Origin: Podarcis vaucheri | Taxonomy: Eukaryota | Assembly: GCA_965113315.1 (NCBI GenBank) | Contig: OZ220374.1 | Length of the DNA: 64,000 nt | Direction: 5' to 3' (one strand) | Shown: positions 50,571 through 64,000 of the stretch, in pieces | Position numbering within the stretch: position 1 is the first letter of the stretch | Layout of the letters: each line of letters starts with the position of its first letter | Translations under genes and position numbers: made by a program | Notes under the pieces: model-generated | The model's database searches: none | What the model was told of the DNA's origin: nothing | The model's input: only the letters and a program-made list of their open reading frames with translations

Positions 50571-53167
50571 GAGTACATTGGTTACATTTGCAACTACAGC
50601 TCCAGTTGACCCCAGCCATCATGGCCAACAATTAAGGATAATGGGAATTGTAGTCTAAGAAGGGCTGCAATTCCCTATCCCTGCATTAGGCAAAAAATCC
50701 TGATCATACAAGATGTTTGACAATAGAATAGACCCTCATTTGTTACAAGTTTTTTAAGCATATGCCATCAATCAGGGTTGCTGTAGCAATGGCTTTCCTA
50801 CAAAGGTCAAGTGGGTGACCTTTGACATCTCTGATTCTATATTGTAGATGAGCAATAACTTGGTATAGCCATGTGTTGGATAAGGGAGATCCCAGCCACA
50901 AGCACCTTCTGCTGAGGTGTACCATAATTGGGAAAGCCCTCTCCTTAAAACTCTGGAGTGCTACTGTTCTACTCTGAGCAAAGTGGACTAGAAAACCAAT
51001 AATACATGGAAACCTCATATGTCAATATGACAATTCTCTGCATTACAAGAATAAAAAGAAAATGAGCTATGGGCATAGACAGGCAACATAGCAAGAACAG
51101 CGAGCCTAACTGTTTGGTATAATGATGCACTTGGTACATAAGAGGGGGGTTCCTCCCCTCCCCCATGACTGCTTGTTGTGTGGTCTCCTTACACTGAGGA
51201 TCCATGAAGGGCCACGTCATACAAAGGATTAAAAACAAAACTAAAGTTGACTGCTCTTCCGGCAATGCAATTTCCCATGGACCTTGTCTGCGTAAAGTGG
51301 TGGGGAAAACTATCCAACTAAATAACAACATATAATTCCCATAAGAAGGAAATGACCCTGCAAGACCTCAACATACAGCCGCTTTCTATAAATACATATT
51401 GGGGAATGGAACCGGTGGTCTCTGCTATATGCCTGTATTTTGGTTCGACTAGTAGTTATTATGGTTCCTGTGCATTGGTTGTTCCATCTAATATTGATTA
51501 AGAAGGTATCTTTATCTAATTGTTGTCTATGCTGCTCTAGAATGTAGCATTTATACTGTATTTGTATTTAAAGGCAGGATAGAAATCAGTTAAACATAAA
51601 GTAGTTCAGCATTCAGCCTAACACAGTGGCAAGATGTAGTGATTTTCATTTGATATCACAATTTAAAGCAACATAAGCTTTGCAAAACTGTTCATTAATA
51701 TAGAAGCAGTGTCAAGAAATGCACCCTTCAAAAAATGTTTGAGACTTCTTGCAGGAGCAGAGTTATACAATCCACGTGTATTAATTAAGCTTGGAATCGA
51801 ATTACTACAGTTCTCTTAAATGATCCTAAAAATTAAACATAACTGAACCACTAAATGCTGTCTTAACTACACCCTCAACTTTTAACTGGTTGAGAGAAAC
51901 TTTTCAATCCATTTTCCATATTTGTTTATGTCATTCTTCTTTACAAGCTCGATTATTGCAGAAATTTGGAAAATAACTGGCAAATTTACACTACTGTGAT
52001 TCAGTTGGTAAAAATATATCAATGCAAGTTTCAGCATGTGGCAATACCAAATGCTTTGGGGCTTGTTTTTTTTTTTTAAAAGTACTTATTAACGTAGGAG
52101 TATGAAACACAAATCCAGCAAGGAATTCTATAATTAGGGGGAAATCCTTACTTTCTGAAAACATCAGAGGGATTGCTACAGAGAAGAAATCATTCTACGG
52201 TTACAGCTTAGGTAGCACTCCTTCATTATTGTGCAAGGAAATGTTCTAGGATTATGTTATACCTGTAAAGCCTATGAAGCATCATGCCAATCTGTTAAAT
52301 AATTTATGAGATTGCATCCAACGTTGTGCTAAGTAACTTGTTCCATTGATGAAAGGATTTATGCTTCCAGAACAGAACTTTCTCCCCTCTCGGATGTCCC
52401 CTTCCCCAGTTTTCATTGTTTCCCCTCAAGCCCGTCAGAGTAACTTGGGGGAGGATGTGGAACATGCATGAAGGGAGGAGGAATAATTCCCGCCCCCATG
52501 AAGGCATAAATCCTTCCAATAATAGAACAAGGACATCGGATACCAACCATGGTCGTTCACATTGATTACCACTGCTCAGACCCTTCAGATAGATAAGGCA
52601 TATTTGTTCACAAAGCTGCTAGGAGGATTCCAAGGAACAAAGCAAACTCCAAGGTTCCCTCCATCTAAAATAAAATAAAAATCAGGGACACTCACATATA
52701 GTCCTCTTTCAGGACTATAGTGTAGCAGCCCAGGAGAACATGGAGATATCATATCTGAGGTGCCCACATCTCTAACCGTGAATCTATGTGTTCCACTTAA
52801 GGTTTGATGCAGATGTGGGCAACTGCTAGGTGTTATGCTTCAAACAATGTGACTCGGCCATTGCTTCTTGGGGAAAGGCTTGGTGCTAGAACATCTCCTT
52901 TGTTAGCAGAAGGCCCCATGTTCAATCCCAGACATATCCTGGTCTGAAATCCTGCAGAACCACTGCCCAAACTGTGAGGGCAATACTGAGACATATGGAC
53001 CAAGGATCTGACTAAGCATAAGGCAGGTTTGTAGGTTCTTTGTTCCAGAATTTTTAACAAAATAAAATGTACATTGTATTGTCCCATAATCCTATGTTCA
53101 ATCTGACACCTGCAGCGCCTTAATCCAATCCAGCCTATATTTTCCATCTTGAGGCAAAGTCTAAATG

Positions 53168-53320
53168 CAGGACTTGGGGGAAAGAAAAGGGACATGTGGC
53201 CCTCCAGATGCTGTTGGATTCCAGCTCCCATCAGCTCCCATCACTATGATCAAATGTCAGCAATGAGGACAGTTGCACTCCAGCAACATCATGAGAGTCA
53301 CAGGTTCTCTAGCCATGCTT
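53168..53320. mobile_element. MER5-like palindromic hAT MITE remnant (others at about 975-1080, 7690-7818, 49520-49640, 59830-59885)
   Basis: tggccctccagatgctgttgga..cagctcccatca...gttgcactccagcaacatc; same motif family as 4542-4668. Confidence 0.55.
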
Positions 53321-54247
53321 TAGGGCTATAACATCAAGACATGTAATATTGTTATAACCCTGCCCTGAGCATTTATGGTGAAGGGCAGGTTAGAAATCGC
53401 ATCAACAAATTAGTTTTAGGGATGCTCTGGGCCCACACTGTACACCCAAGAATTTCTCCAAGCAGGTTTACAACAGTGGTACCACCAGCAAACTAGCAGG
53501 TAGGGAGCAAGCAACTTTGAATGGAAAAAGGACACAGCCACAAGACTTCTCAGCCTTGCCCTGATGTAATTTCCCTGTTAACCTAGCACCAGGCTGGCTT
53601 GCTGCTTGTGATGTGAGAACAAAAGCATCTGAGGCAGGAAACTGCTACAAGCCATTTTACTTGCATCTGGAGCTCCATGCAGAGGAAGAGACTGATGCAG
53701 GGATTCCATGAATAAGCCTAGAATTCTATGCTTCCAAGTTCTTACCTGAAGACATGATACATCAATCTTGACTCTTGTTTGGAGTCTGGGTTGAAGAGTA
53801 CTTGAGAACCCTATATCTGTTTCCTTGCATGCCATAAATAAGACCAGTGGAATATAAAGGTAGAGGGCCCCTGTCTTCCCTAGGCCCCAATGTTTTCCTA
53901 AAAAGCCCTGACAGTTTAAAACTTGGGAGATAATAATAATATTTTTTAAAAAATTATATCCCGCCCATCTTGCTGAGTTTTCTGGGTTGCTTACAACATA
54001 TATAAAAACACAACAAAGCATCAAATATTACAAAACAAAATATTCTATACAAGCAACAAACAAATCAATAAATCAACATCAACCCAACCAAAACAAAACA
54101 GAGGAACCAAAATTAGAATGTTTAAAACATTTTAAAACATTTTAACCAGTTGCCCCAACCCAAGAGTTGTTCCAGCAATGTCCCTCCGGCCTCTCAGGAG
54201 CCTCTTTTAGGAAGGACACAAAGTGGCTTCAAATCAGTGTGAAGGTA

Positions 54248-54464
54248 AGTGGTACCTCAGGTTAAGTACTTAATTCGTTCCGGAGGTCCGTACTCAACCT
54301 GAAACTGTTCTTAACCTGAAGCACCACTTTAGCTAATGGGGCCTCCTGCTGCCGCCGCAGCACGATTTCTGTTCTCATCCTGAAGCAAAGTTCTTAACCT
54401 GAAGCACTATTTCTGGGTTAGCGGAGTCTGTAACCTGAAGCGTATGTAACCTGAGGTACCACTG
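54248..54464. mobile_element. Tc1/mariner (Tigger-like) MITE
   Basis: AGTGGTACCTCAGG ... GAGGTACCACTG|TA; interior nearly collinear with 22537-22786. Confidence 0.9.
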
Positions 54465-56087
54465 TATGAATCCATAAATATAAGGGAATAATATAAAAAT
54501 GAAATTAAAACAACAGTGACAATGTAAACTTAAAAAATGTACTGTGTATTTTGGGTCTATGGACCGCAATAAAATTGTGTGTGTGTGTGTTTGTGTGTGT
54601 AAATAAAAATACAGATCTCTCCCTGCACCCCTCACGTCACCATAATCAGTTGCTCTAATAAATACACTGGGAAATTGATTCAAAAATGCCCTAGAGAAGC
54701 TTAGTCTTTCAGATTGGCCACAAAGAAGGAAATTTGTATTTTTAAAACTTGCCAGGCCTTAATAAACTCAAGCACTTTTAAGAAGCGTCTTCTCCATTTG
54801 GCTTGTTGCTAATGAATACATTCCATGTGAGAAAGTGATTAAGAAACACTGAATTCATCCACAGAAAACTAATGGCACATTTCATATGGCTTTAAGAAGG
54901 AATGAAGGTTAGCCCATATCCCTGCTGCCTTTACCCCATGGGAGGAGACAGGATAAGCAAAAGGGAAACATGGCAGTATTAAAATCCAAAATAAGATCTT
55001 GCACTTTGGCTTCTTGTTTATTTGCTTGAAGTCATATATGCATGTGATTCAGACTGCAGGAATGAAGCCTGCAAATATGTAAGTGGGAAGAGCTCACTTA
55101 CACTTCTTGTGCATACTAACCATTTAATCTATTTAACCTTCATACCAGTGGGACTCCTATGGCACTTCAATTTGAAAAGGGAATTCATTTTCTAAAGTTA
55201 AACAATGAAATTAGAAATAGATACACCACTGCTGTGGGCACTCAAAAAAGGATTTCCAAAATCAATCTATGGATGCCCATAACAACTCTGTCAATGCATG
55301 AAAAATGACATTTTAACATCTATGTTTCAGTTTCAGAGCTGCAGATGAATCTACCAATAAATGTATTTCAACATGGCAGGCTTTACATGTTTTTAAACGT
55401 TTTGAAATGGTTTAAAATCTGAATAAACTAAATCTCAGTCTGAGCTTCTTGGAAAACCCAGCCAATCCTGTGACAAAGTAAGTCTTTATTAACTGAATCT
55501 GGTGGGGGGGTGGGATGACTTGCTACAGAGCAAGTACTAATAACCTCATTATCCACTGGGGGCCCTGAAGAGAGTTGACTACTGAATTCAAACAAAGGAT
55601 GCATAAAATTAAACCTAGGGCATGTAAAGCAGAAAAGCAAAAAGGTCCCCAAACAAACGTCATACTAAGCACAAATTGGATAAGGTTCACATGAGCTTAT
55701 CTGGTTTCTGTGCGGGAACTTAAATAGGAGGTAAAATCAATGCGGAAACTTAACTGATACATCCTTAATCATAACATTCATTGACTTTACATTTAATGAA
55801 GCTGCACTAGCCAGGCCCTCATAGACTGGCATAAAGCATGTCTCTCCACCTCAGACAGAGTAAAACATTTTAAAATGTTCCTGTGGCTGCCACCTGCTCT
55901 GTGATCCGAGACTTATTATATCAATTTATTGACTCGCATTAAGAAGCCTGTATGTCGAACTTGGGAGAAAGGGGAAAGGCATAAATTGGTCACTATAATT
56001 TTCAAGCTCCATGCTATCCACATACATAATGCATCAACCACCTCTTTGTAAACCTAAGAAAAATAGATGATCCCCAAGACATAATTA

Positions 56088-56330
<243 letters not shown>

Positions 56331-57384
56331 CTAGGCCTGGTCCTGGCTGGGCCCCAAATGAGCTAGAACTCTTCACCCTGGACCACAATAATTTGCAATG
56401 ACAGTGTTGCTTAATGACCAACTTTCTGTGCCACTTCACACTGTACCTCCTATGGAGCCTTGTCAGACTCCATCCCTTTTCAGCAGGAAACATGCAAAGA
56501 CAAAGCACCATGTTTTGGTTTATCTGTACTGCACATATCCTTGAGCAAGCAAGCAACCTCGTATGTTTCAAAATTATCTGGCAGATGGCCTGGACCTCTT
56601 TCGCAGACTGACAGCTTGTCAGGACAGGAACCATCAGAGTAGTTGTGGAGAGGTGCAGAAACAAAATAAAAAAGGATTTAACAAAAAAACAAAACTCCAT
56701 TTGGTATGTGATTTCTAACCACATTCTAAAATTGGAACCATTTGCTTTCGTATGCAGTCATTACACAGTTTCCCCAACCCCACTCAACCCAGAAAGCCCA
56801 AAGCCATAAATATGAACATACACAAATAAATAACCTGCATATTTAGAACTGAACTCTGATCTGGAATTAACATTATTTTTGCACAGATTGCAATTAGGAA
56901 CATCGCTTGCATTTGGTGGTAGCGGGGAGACAGGTTCTGCATATGCACTCAAGTGCTTCTGACCCTAAGGGTAAGAGGCTTCATCTTTTCAGGGTTTAGG
57001 CAAAATCTCATCAGCTTCACTACACATGAATTTTGTCCCACTTTTTCAAACCCCCTGCAGGCACAGTAGTGGCTTTCAAAGGCCCTTGCACCCAGCAGGG
57101 TGCCACAAATCAGCATGCTATGAAGAGTCAGAAGTTGTAAGAAGGAGAGAGATATTTATGCTTGGTATCATGTAGCAAAAGGAAGGCGATAAAGTGGCTT
57201 CTCCCTCTGTTTTTTCCCTTTTCGGCTGCCTACATATGCCACACACAAAGGGCCAGTGCAGAGGTAAGATTTTAGATCTCTTAACCAATATTTTAATTCT
57301 AACTCATTTGTACTACTTGGTGACACAATGCAAGCTATCCATTAACCATTGCAAATGTGGACCTGGCCAGTGTTATTTATGTTT

Positions 57385-57499
57385 AGTGCTATCTTTCTAG
57401 GGAAAAAAGGTGCCAGAATTCACCCTTGTTCTCTTATAATGGCACCTGAGAGATGCCTGAACTGAGTTCCAGTGAGTTCTGGCTGGAAAAAAAGCCCTG
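57385..57499. mobile_element. Short non-autonomous DNA element (hAT-like)
   Basis: agtgctatctttctag..aaggtgccagaattcacc ... gaactgagttccagtgagttctggctggaaaaaaagccctg, with subterminal ggtgcc/ggcacc inverted motifs. Confidence 0.5.
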
Positions 57500-59481
57500 G
57501 ATATGCTCAATGTGGGGCTACTCTTACAAAGCATCCAGAAACCTTGCTTCAAAATGCTGGCACCAAATTTTTTTCTGGGAATAGAACATATTGCCCTGGT
57601 TTTGACTATTACTCTGGCCCTTAGTAATTGTAATTGGCTACCTGTTCATTTTCATGCTCGATTCATGGTGCTGGTTCTTACCTTTAAAGTCCTGAGAATT
57701 TTGGGATCTATTTACTTGAAGGACCACATCTTCCTTGAACCCAATCAACATAGGAAGCTACCTTGCCCCAATAGCTACCTACTGCCAGGCAGCGGCTCTC
57801 CAAAGTTACAGGAAGGAAATGGTGGAGATTAAACCCAGGACTCTCTGCAAATAATGGGCTCTACTGACAGCCCTTAAAGATCCCGCTTGGGTTCCCCCAC
57901 TGACTGAGATATGCCACATAAGGAATGGATCCTTCTCAGTTGTGGCAGCCACACTGTGGAATGTCTGACTGGGCCCTTCTTTATTTTCATGCTCCTACCT
58001 CTATAAGACCTTCTTGTTTGAGGAATCCCTAAGGGGAAGCTGCCTGGGTTGTTCTTCCTAGCTCCCACTTGCTGCTATGACAGGAGCGGGGAAAGGGGGA
58101 AGGCACCTTCTTCCAAAGTGTTTTTGGAGCTGCTCTCTTTGATCTGTTTTAGTGGTACTTCACTGACATCTTGATCATTTGTCTGTTGTAAGCAATTTTT
58201 ATCTACTATTAGATGCTTTGATTCAGTTTTTCTCTGGAAAAGGAATTTTAGCAAGCATTCTTAACTCACAATGTTTCACCACATACTTAAGGGTATTAAA
58301 TACAGATTAATTATCCCTCCTCAAGATCCTCTATTCACCTAAACAGCCACGGGTGGTAAAATCAAGATGGTCGGTTCCCACTATTTCTATGCATGCTAAT
58401 AGATAAAGTTGGGATTCTAATCCGCTTCAGTGAGTGAGACTGGACTCAAGGGGTAGCAACTTCTAATTAATGTGAACTACAAAGGTCTGACCTTGTGCAT
58501 GTGGTATTTACAGGATAGATCTCTGCAATCGACCCAAAGGCATTGTGCCATGTTATTTAGGGGATCCCATAGTACCAGTATGATGGATACAGGAGGGATT
58601 TGTAAAACTTGCAGTACTTCAAAGTGGGTGAAGCATAATCAGAGGAGAGACTGTATAAAGTATTATTTCTGTTCAAAGCTATCGTCTTTTTAATATAAAT
58701 GAGATATTTAATGAAGTTCTGAATTGTAGCCTTATCTTTCCCAGTTTGATCAGCACTAGGGAGATTTACTGCATAGAAGGGTCAACACAATTACCATTGG
58801 AGGCACGTCAGGCTGCAGGAGAATAATAAACTTGCCATGCAAGTGAATTAGGCTCAATAAGGTTTAAATTGTGAATCGAGGATTTGTTTTATTCAGGTTC
58901 CCCCCTCCTAAAATTGCAGATTACTACTGACAGTTCCACTGAAAAGTAAATTAAACAATATGCAAAGCCTCTGATGTAAAGGAATCAAAGGCAAATTTAA
59001 GAAGAATAAAAATGTTAAAATTCTGAAATGCTATTAAAAAGGAAAGAGAAAGAGATACTATCCAGGGACTGAAAGTTGCATGCCAAGTGTATTCGCACAA
59101 ATGAACTGTACTTTGTTTTAACTTTCTTCAAACAAAGGGTGAAAATTACCCTAAATGACTAACATGACTTACCGTATTTTCCCAGGGAGATAGGACTGTA
59201 TCTTCAAGTTTATATAACAAATGTCTAGTTCTTTATTGAACCACATAATATAACCATTTCTCAAGGGACAATGCATATCTAAACACTATCGAGCTCTGAG
59301 TAGATTTCCCCCCTCTATTCTTTTCAAAAAGAGGCACAGAGAAAGAGGCAGCTTCGGAACCTAGGGAGAGGAACAGGCATTCGCTCCAGGTGAACTGGTA
59401 AGCAGCAGCTTACAGAGAGGGGTAAACAACAGCACTGTTGCTTAATGGCTGCACTCTGAAAAGAGTGCTGGCATGTCTTAC

Positions 59482-59601
59482 CACTTTCATGGGAAAAAGA
59501 CTTTATTCAGTGACAAATTAGCATATCAAAAGCCAGATTTAAATCAAGACATCAACAGTCAGCCACGCAAATATTTAACTAAAGATACAATGCCTTTTAT
59601 A
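59482..59601 (-). promoter_or_regulatory. Candidate internal promoter and alternative first exon of PARD3 (TATAAAAG ... ATG AAA GTG|GTAAGA)
   Basis: Minus strand shows TATAAAAG (59601-59594), ATG at 59490-59488 and a strong phase-0 donor at 59481, compatible with the phase-0 exon at 56258. Motif-level evidence only. Confidence 0.4.
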
Positions 59602-61406
59602 AACTTGCAAAAAAACAACAACAACCCAACAAAAGTTTTTTTGTAAAAGGGGAGGAGAAGATTCCACAAAAAGCCCTTTTAAAAACACTTTTGTTGGTTC
59701 TTCTGCAAGAAGGTTTGCATAAAGAAAATGTGTCAAAGCAAGGGCGAGTTTTGCTGACAGGAAGAGAACAGAAAGGGGTGGGAATGGTGCAGAACCAAGG
59801 TCTATTCTGTCATTTATCTCAGCCTTTGCCCAAGCACTGGCTGGGACTGATGGGAGTTGTAGTCCAGAACATGTGGGAGAGCCCAGGCTGCTTTATCTAC
59901 TATGACAACTTTATGCCTGGGCCTCAGACCATCAGACCTTACTTTGTGTTCACAGTGGTTAATGGCATGAGCTATGAGTCCAATGTCTCCAGTTCAAATC
60001 TCAGCACACTGAAGAACCATCTCACCTTTCCACACACCTCCGAAACATGATGATAATGATGTTACAGATTTGAGTTTAGGGGTGCAAGGGCACCCGTAAC
60101 TGCTAGAATTAGTGAATGTTAGATATTAGTAAGGTGGTGGGAGCCATTGAAGGGAAGATGCAAGGCACTGCAAAAAATACAGGCTAAGCTCTCTTTCCAG
60201 GCCAGGACAGAAGAAGCTGTTCAGCATGTCAAAAAGCGTTGATGGCCCATCACAGGGAAATCCTTGGGACTGTGTCAAAGGAGGTTGCCAATGTTATGCT
60301 GAGAGATGGCATAGGTTACAGGAAAATGGTCATCTTTTAAAACTAGGCTTGGAATAGCAGGTAGGAGCGGGGTGAACAGACAGAAGGGGGGAGTTGCCTG
60401 GCAAGGGGGTTCTGGGAAAGAAAAGCAGGAAATAGGTAGAACTCCATGCAGGGGCTGAAGGGCAGACCATCTTGGTGGGCTAGCTGAAGGCAGGCTGGGA
60501 CAGAGACACAGAGATGTACAGTAGTGGAATCCAAAGCTGCACTGCTGTGAGGAACAAGCCCCTTTTGAGATGTGAATGCTATAAACTGTGCAGTTCCTGC
60601 ATTGAAAGCTTCTGGTGCAAATATGTGTGGGATAAACCATATTTATTAAGTACTTGATTCCCAACAGACACATAACCCTGGAATCTTGCTACTGCTTGGC
60701 AGAGACTGGGTATGGTGGGCAACTTTTGTAACAATATATTTAAATCGAATCTTGCATGGATTATTGCAAGTATTACTGAGATATGTATGAAAACATTGGC
60801 TTCATGTTATTTATCTACCCCGGCATCGTATGTGGTGGATAGCTGCTCATGATGGGAAAGAATCTCTCAGGCAAGGCAAGGCTCCAGCCTAAGCAACCAT
60901 CTCTCCAAACACCCATGACACAACTTCCTCTACTAGTGAGGACATCTGCTTCAAGTAGGACAGACTTCCCTGTTAGTCAAGGCTTATGCATGCTAATTAC
61001 AAACCGAGGGACTAGCTTGGGCAGGAAGGGAGGGGATGGGGACAAGGTGATCTAGTGGCTCCTGAACTTTGCTTTGAGGTCTGTTTCATGTAGCAGAGAC
61101 AAACGGGGCTGCGGAATATACACCATCTCCTGAAATGTTCCCTGTTCCCCATGCAGACAGAAATGTTGAGATGGGAGAACATGAGAAGAGTCTTGCCCAA
61201 GGAGTCAGACCAAAGGCCCATCTAGTCCACCAGCCAGTGATTACCCACCTGCTTAACCCTAGCATCATTCCAGACAGCCCTCTTGGGATTTTAAAGATAC
61301 TTCCAAACAACAACCTTCAGTGCTCAACTTTTAATTGAATTTATAAAAATTTTATGGCACTTTTAAGCATGCACTCCTTCCTTACAGTCCATAAGGACTG
61401 TACAGT

Positions 61407-61458
61407 TGTTAGCCGCCCTGAGCCCGGCTTCGGCTGGGGAGGGCGGGATATAAATAAA

Positions 61459-61505
<47 letters not shown>

Positions 61506-61506
61506 G
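61407..61506 (+). mobile_element. Very short, young LINE (L2-type) 3' terminus with (TTA)n tail
   Basis: gttagccgccctgagcccggcttcggctggggagggcgggatataaataaaat followed by about 14 TTA units; CpGs intact. Confidence 0.7.
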
Positions 61507-64000
61507 TTATTCAGCAGTTATTTTCTTAATGTCATACATGTGTCTACAGTCAAAACAGGTGGGGGTTGGGCTGAGTTAAAATAAAAAAGGGTGTCCATTG
61601 TTCCCTAATCTCTTCCAAGAATAGAAGGACATCTGGCAAAAAAACAAAAGTTTATCACAGCGTCACTCTTAGTCGCTGGTCAGAAGCTGTAATGTTATTG
61701 CACAAATCAGTTATGAGCAGGAAAGCAGCCCATACGAAAACAGGCACTTTTGTCCTTATGCAGACAGAGCCATGTTTTAAATAAGAAATGGGACTTTGCC
61801 ACATGGTCCTTCATCATCTAGATAAGAACAAGCTGCTCGATAAATACTAGGTACTTGATAAATACTACCTGCTCTAACCAGAACCTGTTCAGTCCTTATC
61901 TAACAAATGATAAAGGGACAGTTAAATGACCACTGGCATTTCAACAATATAATTGCCAGGTGGTGTATTAATAAAGTAGGGGGGAAAGACCATCTAAAAA
62001 AAGTGATGCCAAAACAGTACGTGGTAACATTAAGTTTTCCTCCCATCATTATTTTAATTGTCATCTGTCTAGGGTTGTCATGAAGGTAGGTAATGAACGT
62101 TGGGAAGCAGGGAATGTTTGGTTTTGGAGGATTTGGAACAGACACTCAAAAACCGAAGAGAAAGAGAAGCAGGTTTGCCAAATTTGAAGACCCTGTACCC
62201 TTTCACAAGAAGCATGGCCATACGCACGCACACATGCGAGCGCACAAACACACACGCACACACAAATTACCCTTTAATTAAACTTTTTTACTGTTTCACT
62301 CAAATAATTGTAAATAAAAAATAAAAAAAAATTCAGGTCAACTGAAGTAGAGCCCAGTCTTTCAGTGGCCACTGAGGTCTAAAATACGATGCCAGCGAAA
62401 GGCTTGTACTGCTCTTAAAAACCTTTTTTTTAAAAGAAGAAGTCTGGCAATTTAGGAGTATTTAAAATGAATACAATCTCTGTGGCCAAATATGCTAAGA
62501 GTCACATTTTACCTTCTTTTTTATTACAAGACAATGTATAAAACTCCAATTTAAATCCCAGAACACATTAGTCTGAAGTACTATCATTATTCTAACAGCC
62601 AAAGAAAAAAGTGGCCTCTGGGTTAAAAACAGAAAAGGGAATTTTTCAACTTATTACCAGCTACAATGATTTCTCCAATCAAAATTCCACCTCCAGCAAC
62701 ACCTCTCTGAACATCCCTCATGATTCAAATGTAGACTTACAAAGTTATAAATCTTTGGAATCGGATGTAGAAAACAATTATGAGGGTGAACAAGTTGAAC
62801 ATAACCTTTCACATTGTGTTATAGCTGTGATGCCTTGATAAGCTTCCCAACCAATACTGTTTTCCAGCCCTAACACAAACCAGTGACATGCTGAACAGCA
62901 GAGGTAGCCATTTCAACAACAGAGATCTGGGGGATTTATGCAACCACTTCTGAAAGAGAAACATATTTTAATTTTCCCAGACAAAAGCTTGGAGAAAAGC
63001 AAGGCAGACATTGTCTATCCCCTAATATTAAGCTCTAACAGAAGGCAGCTTGTGCAGTGATACACAAGGCTATTTCTCAATGTGCTTAACTCTGCTACAC
63101 ATTTTATTTATAGGCCCTGAGACTTTCTGGCGTCTACCTTGTTTGCCTGGGCCAAAGTTCAACACACTTGTTTAAAACATGCTTTATTGAGGCCATGCAC
63201 TGGAATAAGTGGAAGCTGAGCAACAACCTGCCAGCTACATGTTTTCTAGAGTATGTGACATTAAATCTGTATTTATGCTTATTTTCCTGAGCACTAACAG
63301 TACAAAAGTGTATATGCATAAGTTTTTATCCTGAGGGTGTACAATAATGCAAACACACACACCAGGTTCTGAATTTTGGCTTTGCCTGGATTGCACCCAG
63401 TCTTAACAAGAAAGTGCCAGATTCAGGGTTTTGCAGTGCCAGAGCATTTAATTATATGTATGCAAATGTATGTATATGCACTTTATCTATGCTTCTTTGC
63501 CCCAGAGATCCTAGGGGCAGACCCAGTTGAAACTTGAAAGCTGGACAGCACCTAGTGAAACATAATGTAAAGAAGTCTGCTAGTTCCTTCCATGCTACAA
63601 CTAAAGACTGTGACTCCATGGCTTAAGATCCAGCCTGATTAATAGTTCTGGAGAACTCAAAAGCTTTTTTCCCTGTTCTGCACCATTTGGTTGGTCCAAA
63701 TGGTATTGGTAGGGTGTGGAATTTGGATTTTCCCTCATAAACCAACAACTTCATCTGCTTTTTATAACTACACATGCCTTTATATAATGTTTTTTACTCA
63801 GTGTTTACCAAGGAGCCTATTTGGAGTACATGTCAGTTGCATGGAAAAGCAAAAACACAGTTCTGCTCAAAAAAACGATGGTTGAAAAAGTTCTCAAGAA
63901 TACAGGATGGCGTTACAGCCTTGATATCTTGCACTTCTTCAAATTTTCTGATGCATTTTCAACTCAATGTATCAAATAAATGGGATGTATCAAAATAGGT

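Noticed and set aside
59165-59220. Strong minus-strand donor ACG|GTAAGT at about 59172 with TATATAAA nearby
   Set aside because: taccgtattttccc resembles a Tc2-type TIR remnant, and I found no ATG or good acceptor defining an exon. It could still be a non-coding donor, but there is no support.
62611-62838. 75-aa Ser/Asn-rich plus-strand ORF
   Set aside because: Non-ATG start, no recognisable homology or splice context; consistent with chance.

Overview
This is eukaryotic, AT-rich, repeat-rich vertebrate genomic DNA. The Sauria SINEs and tRNA/CR1-tail SINEs point to a squamate, probably a lacertid lizard. The whole window lies inside PARD3 (Par-3 family cell polarity regulator) on the minus strand. 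Seven internal coding exons can be spliced by hand into one open frame with canonical GT-AG sites and matching phases: 56258-56108, 48962-48773, 44298-44150, 40753-40709, 33673-33446, 26853-26637 and 2910-2809. They cover the region after PDZ3, the aPKC-binding CR3 ([15 protein letters not shown]), the KKSSSLESL motif, the Lys-rich segment and the start of the C-terminal coiled coil. The PDZ exons lie beyond 64000 and the last exons below 1. Introns hold Sauria SINEs, tRNA-derived SINEs, CR1/L1/L2/Rex1-Babar/Penelope fragments, and hAT and Tc1/mariner MITEs. There is no prokaryotic system, CRISPR array or intact autonomous element, and almost all listed ORFs are chance. The most interesting observations are all untested: (1) a candidate internal TATA promoter with a first exon ATG AAA GTG|GTAAGA that would give an N-terminally truncated, PDZ-less PARD3; (2) a 45-nt exon surrounded by RBFOX and QKI motifs, with a NAGNAG acceptor; (3) candidate alternative terminal exons in the 23.7-kb intron; (4) a perfect 64-bp palindrome and other long foldbacks near exons. 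Human/rodent comparisons are from memory and need alignment.
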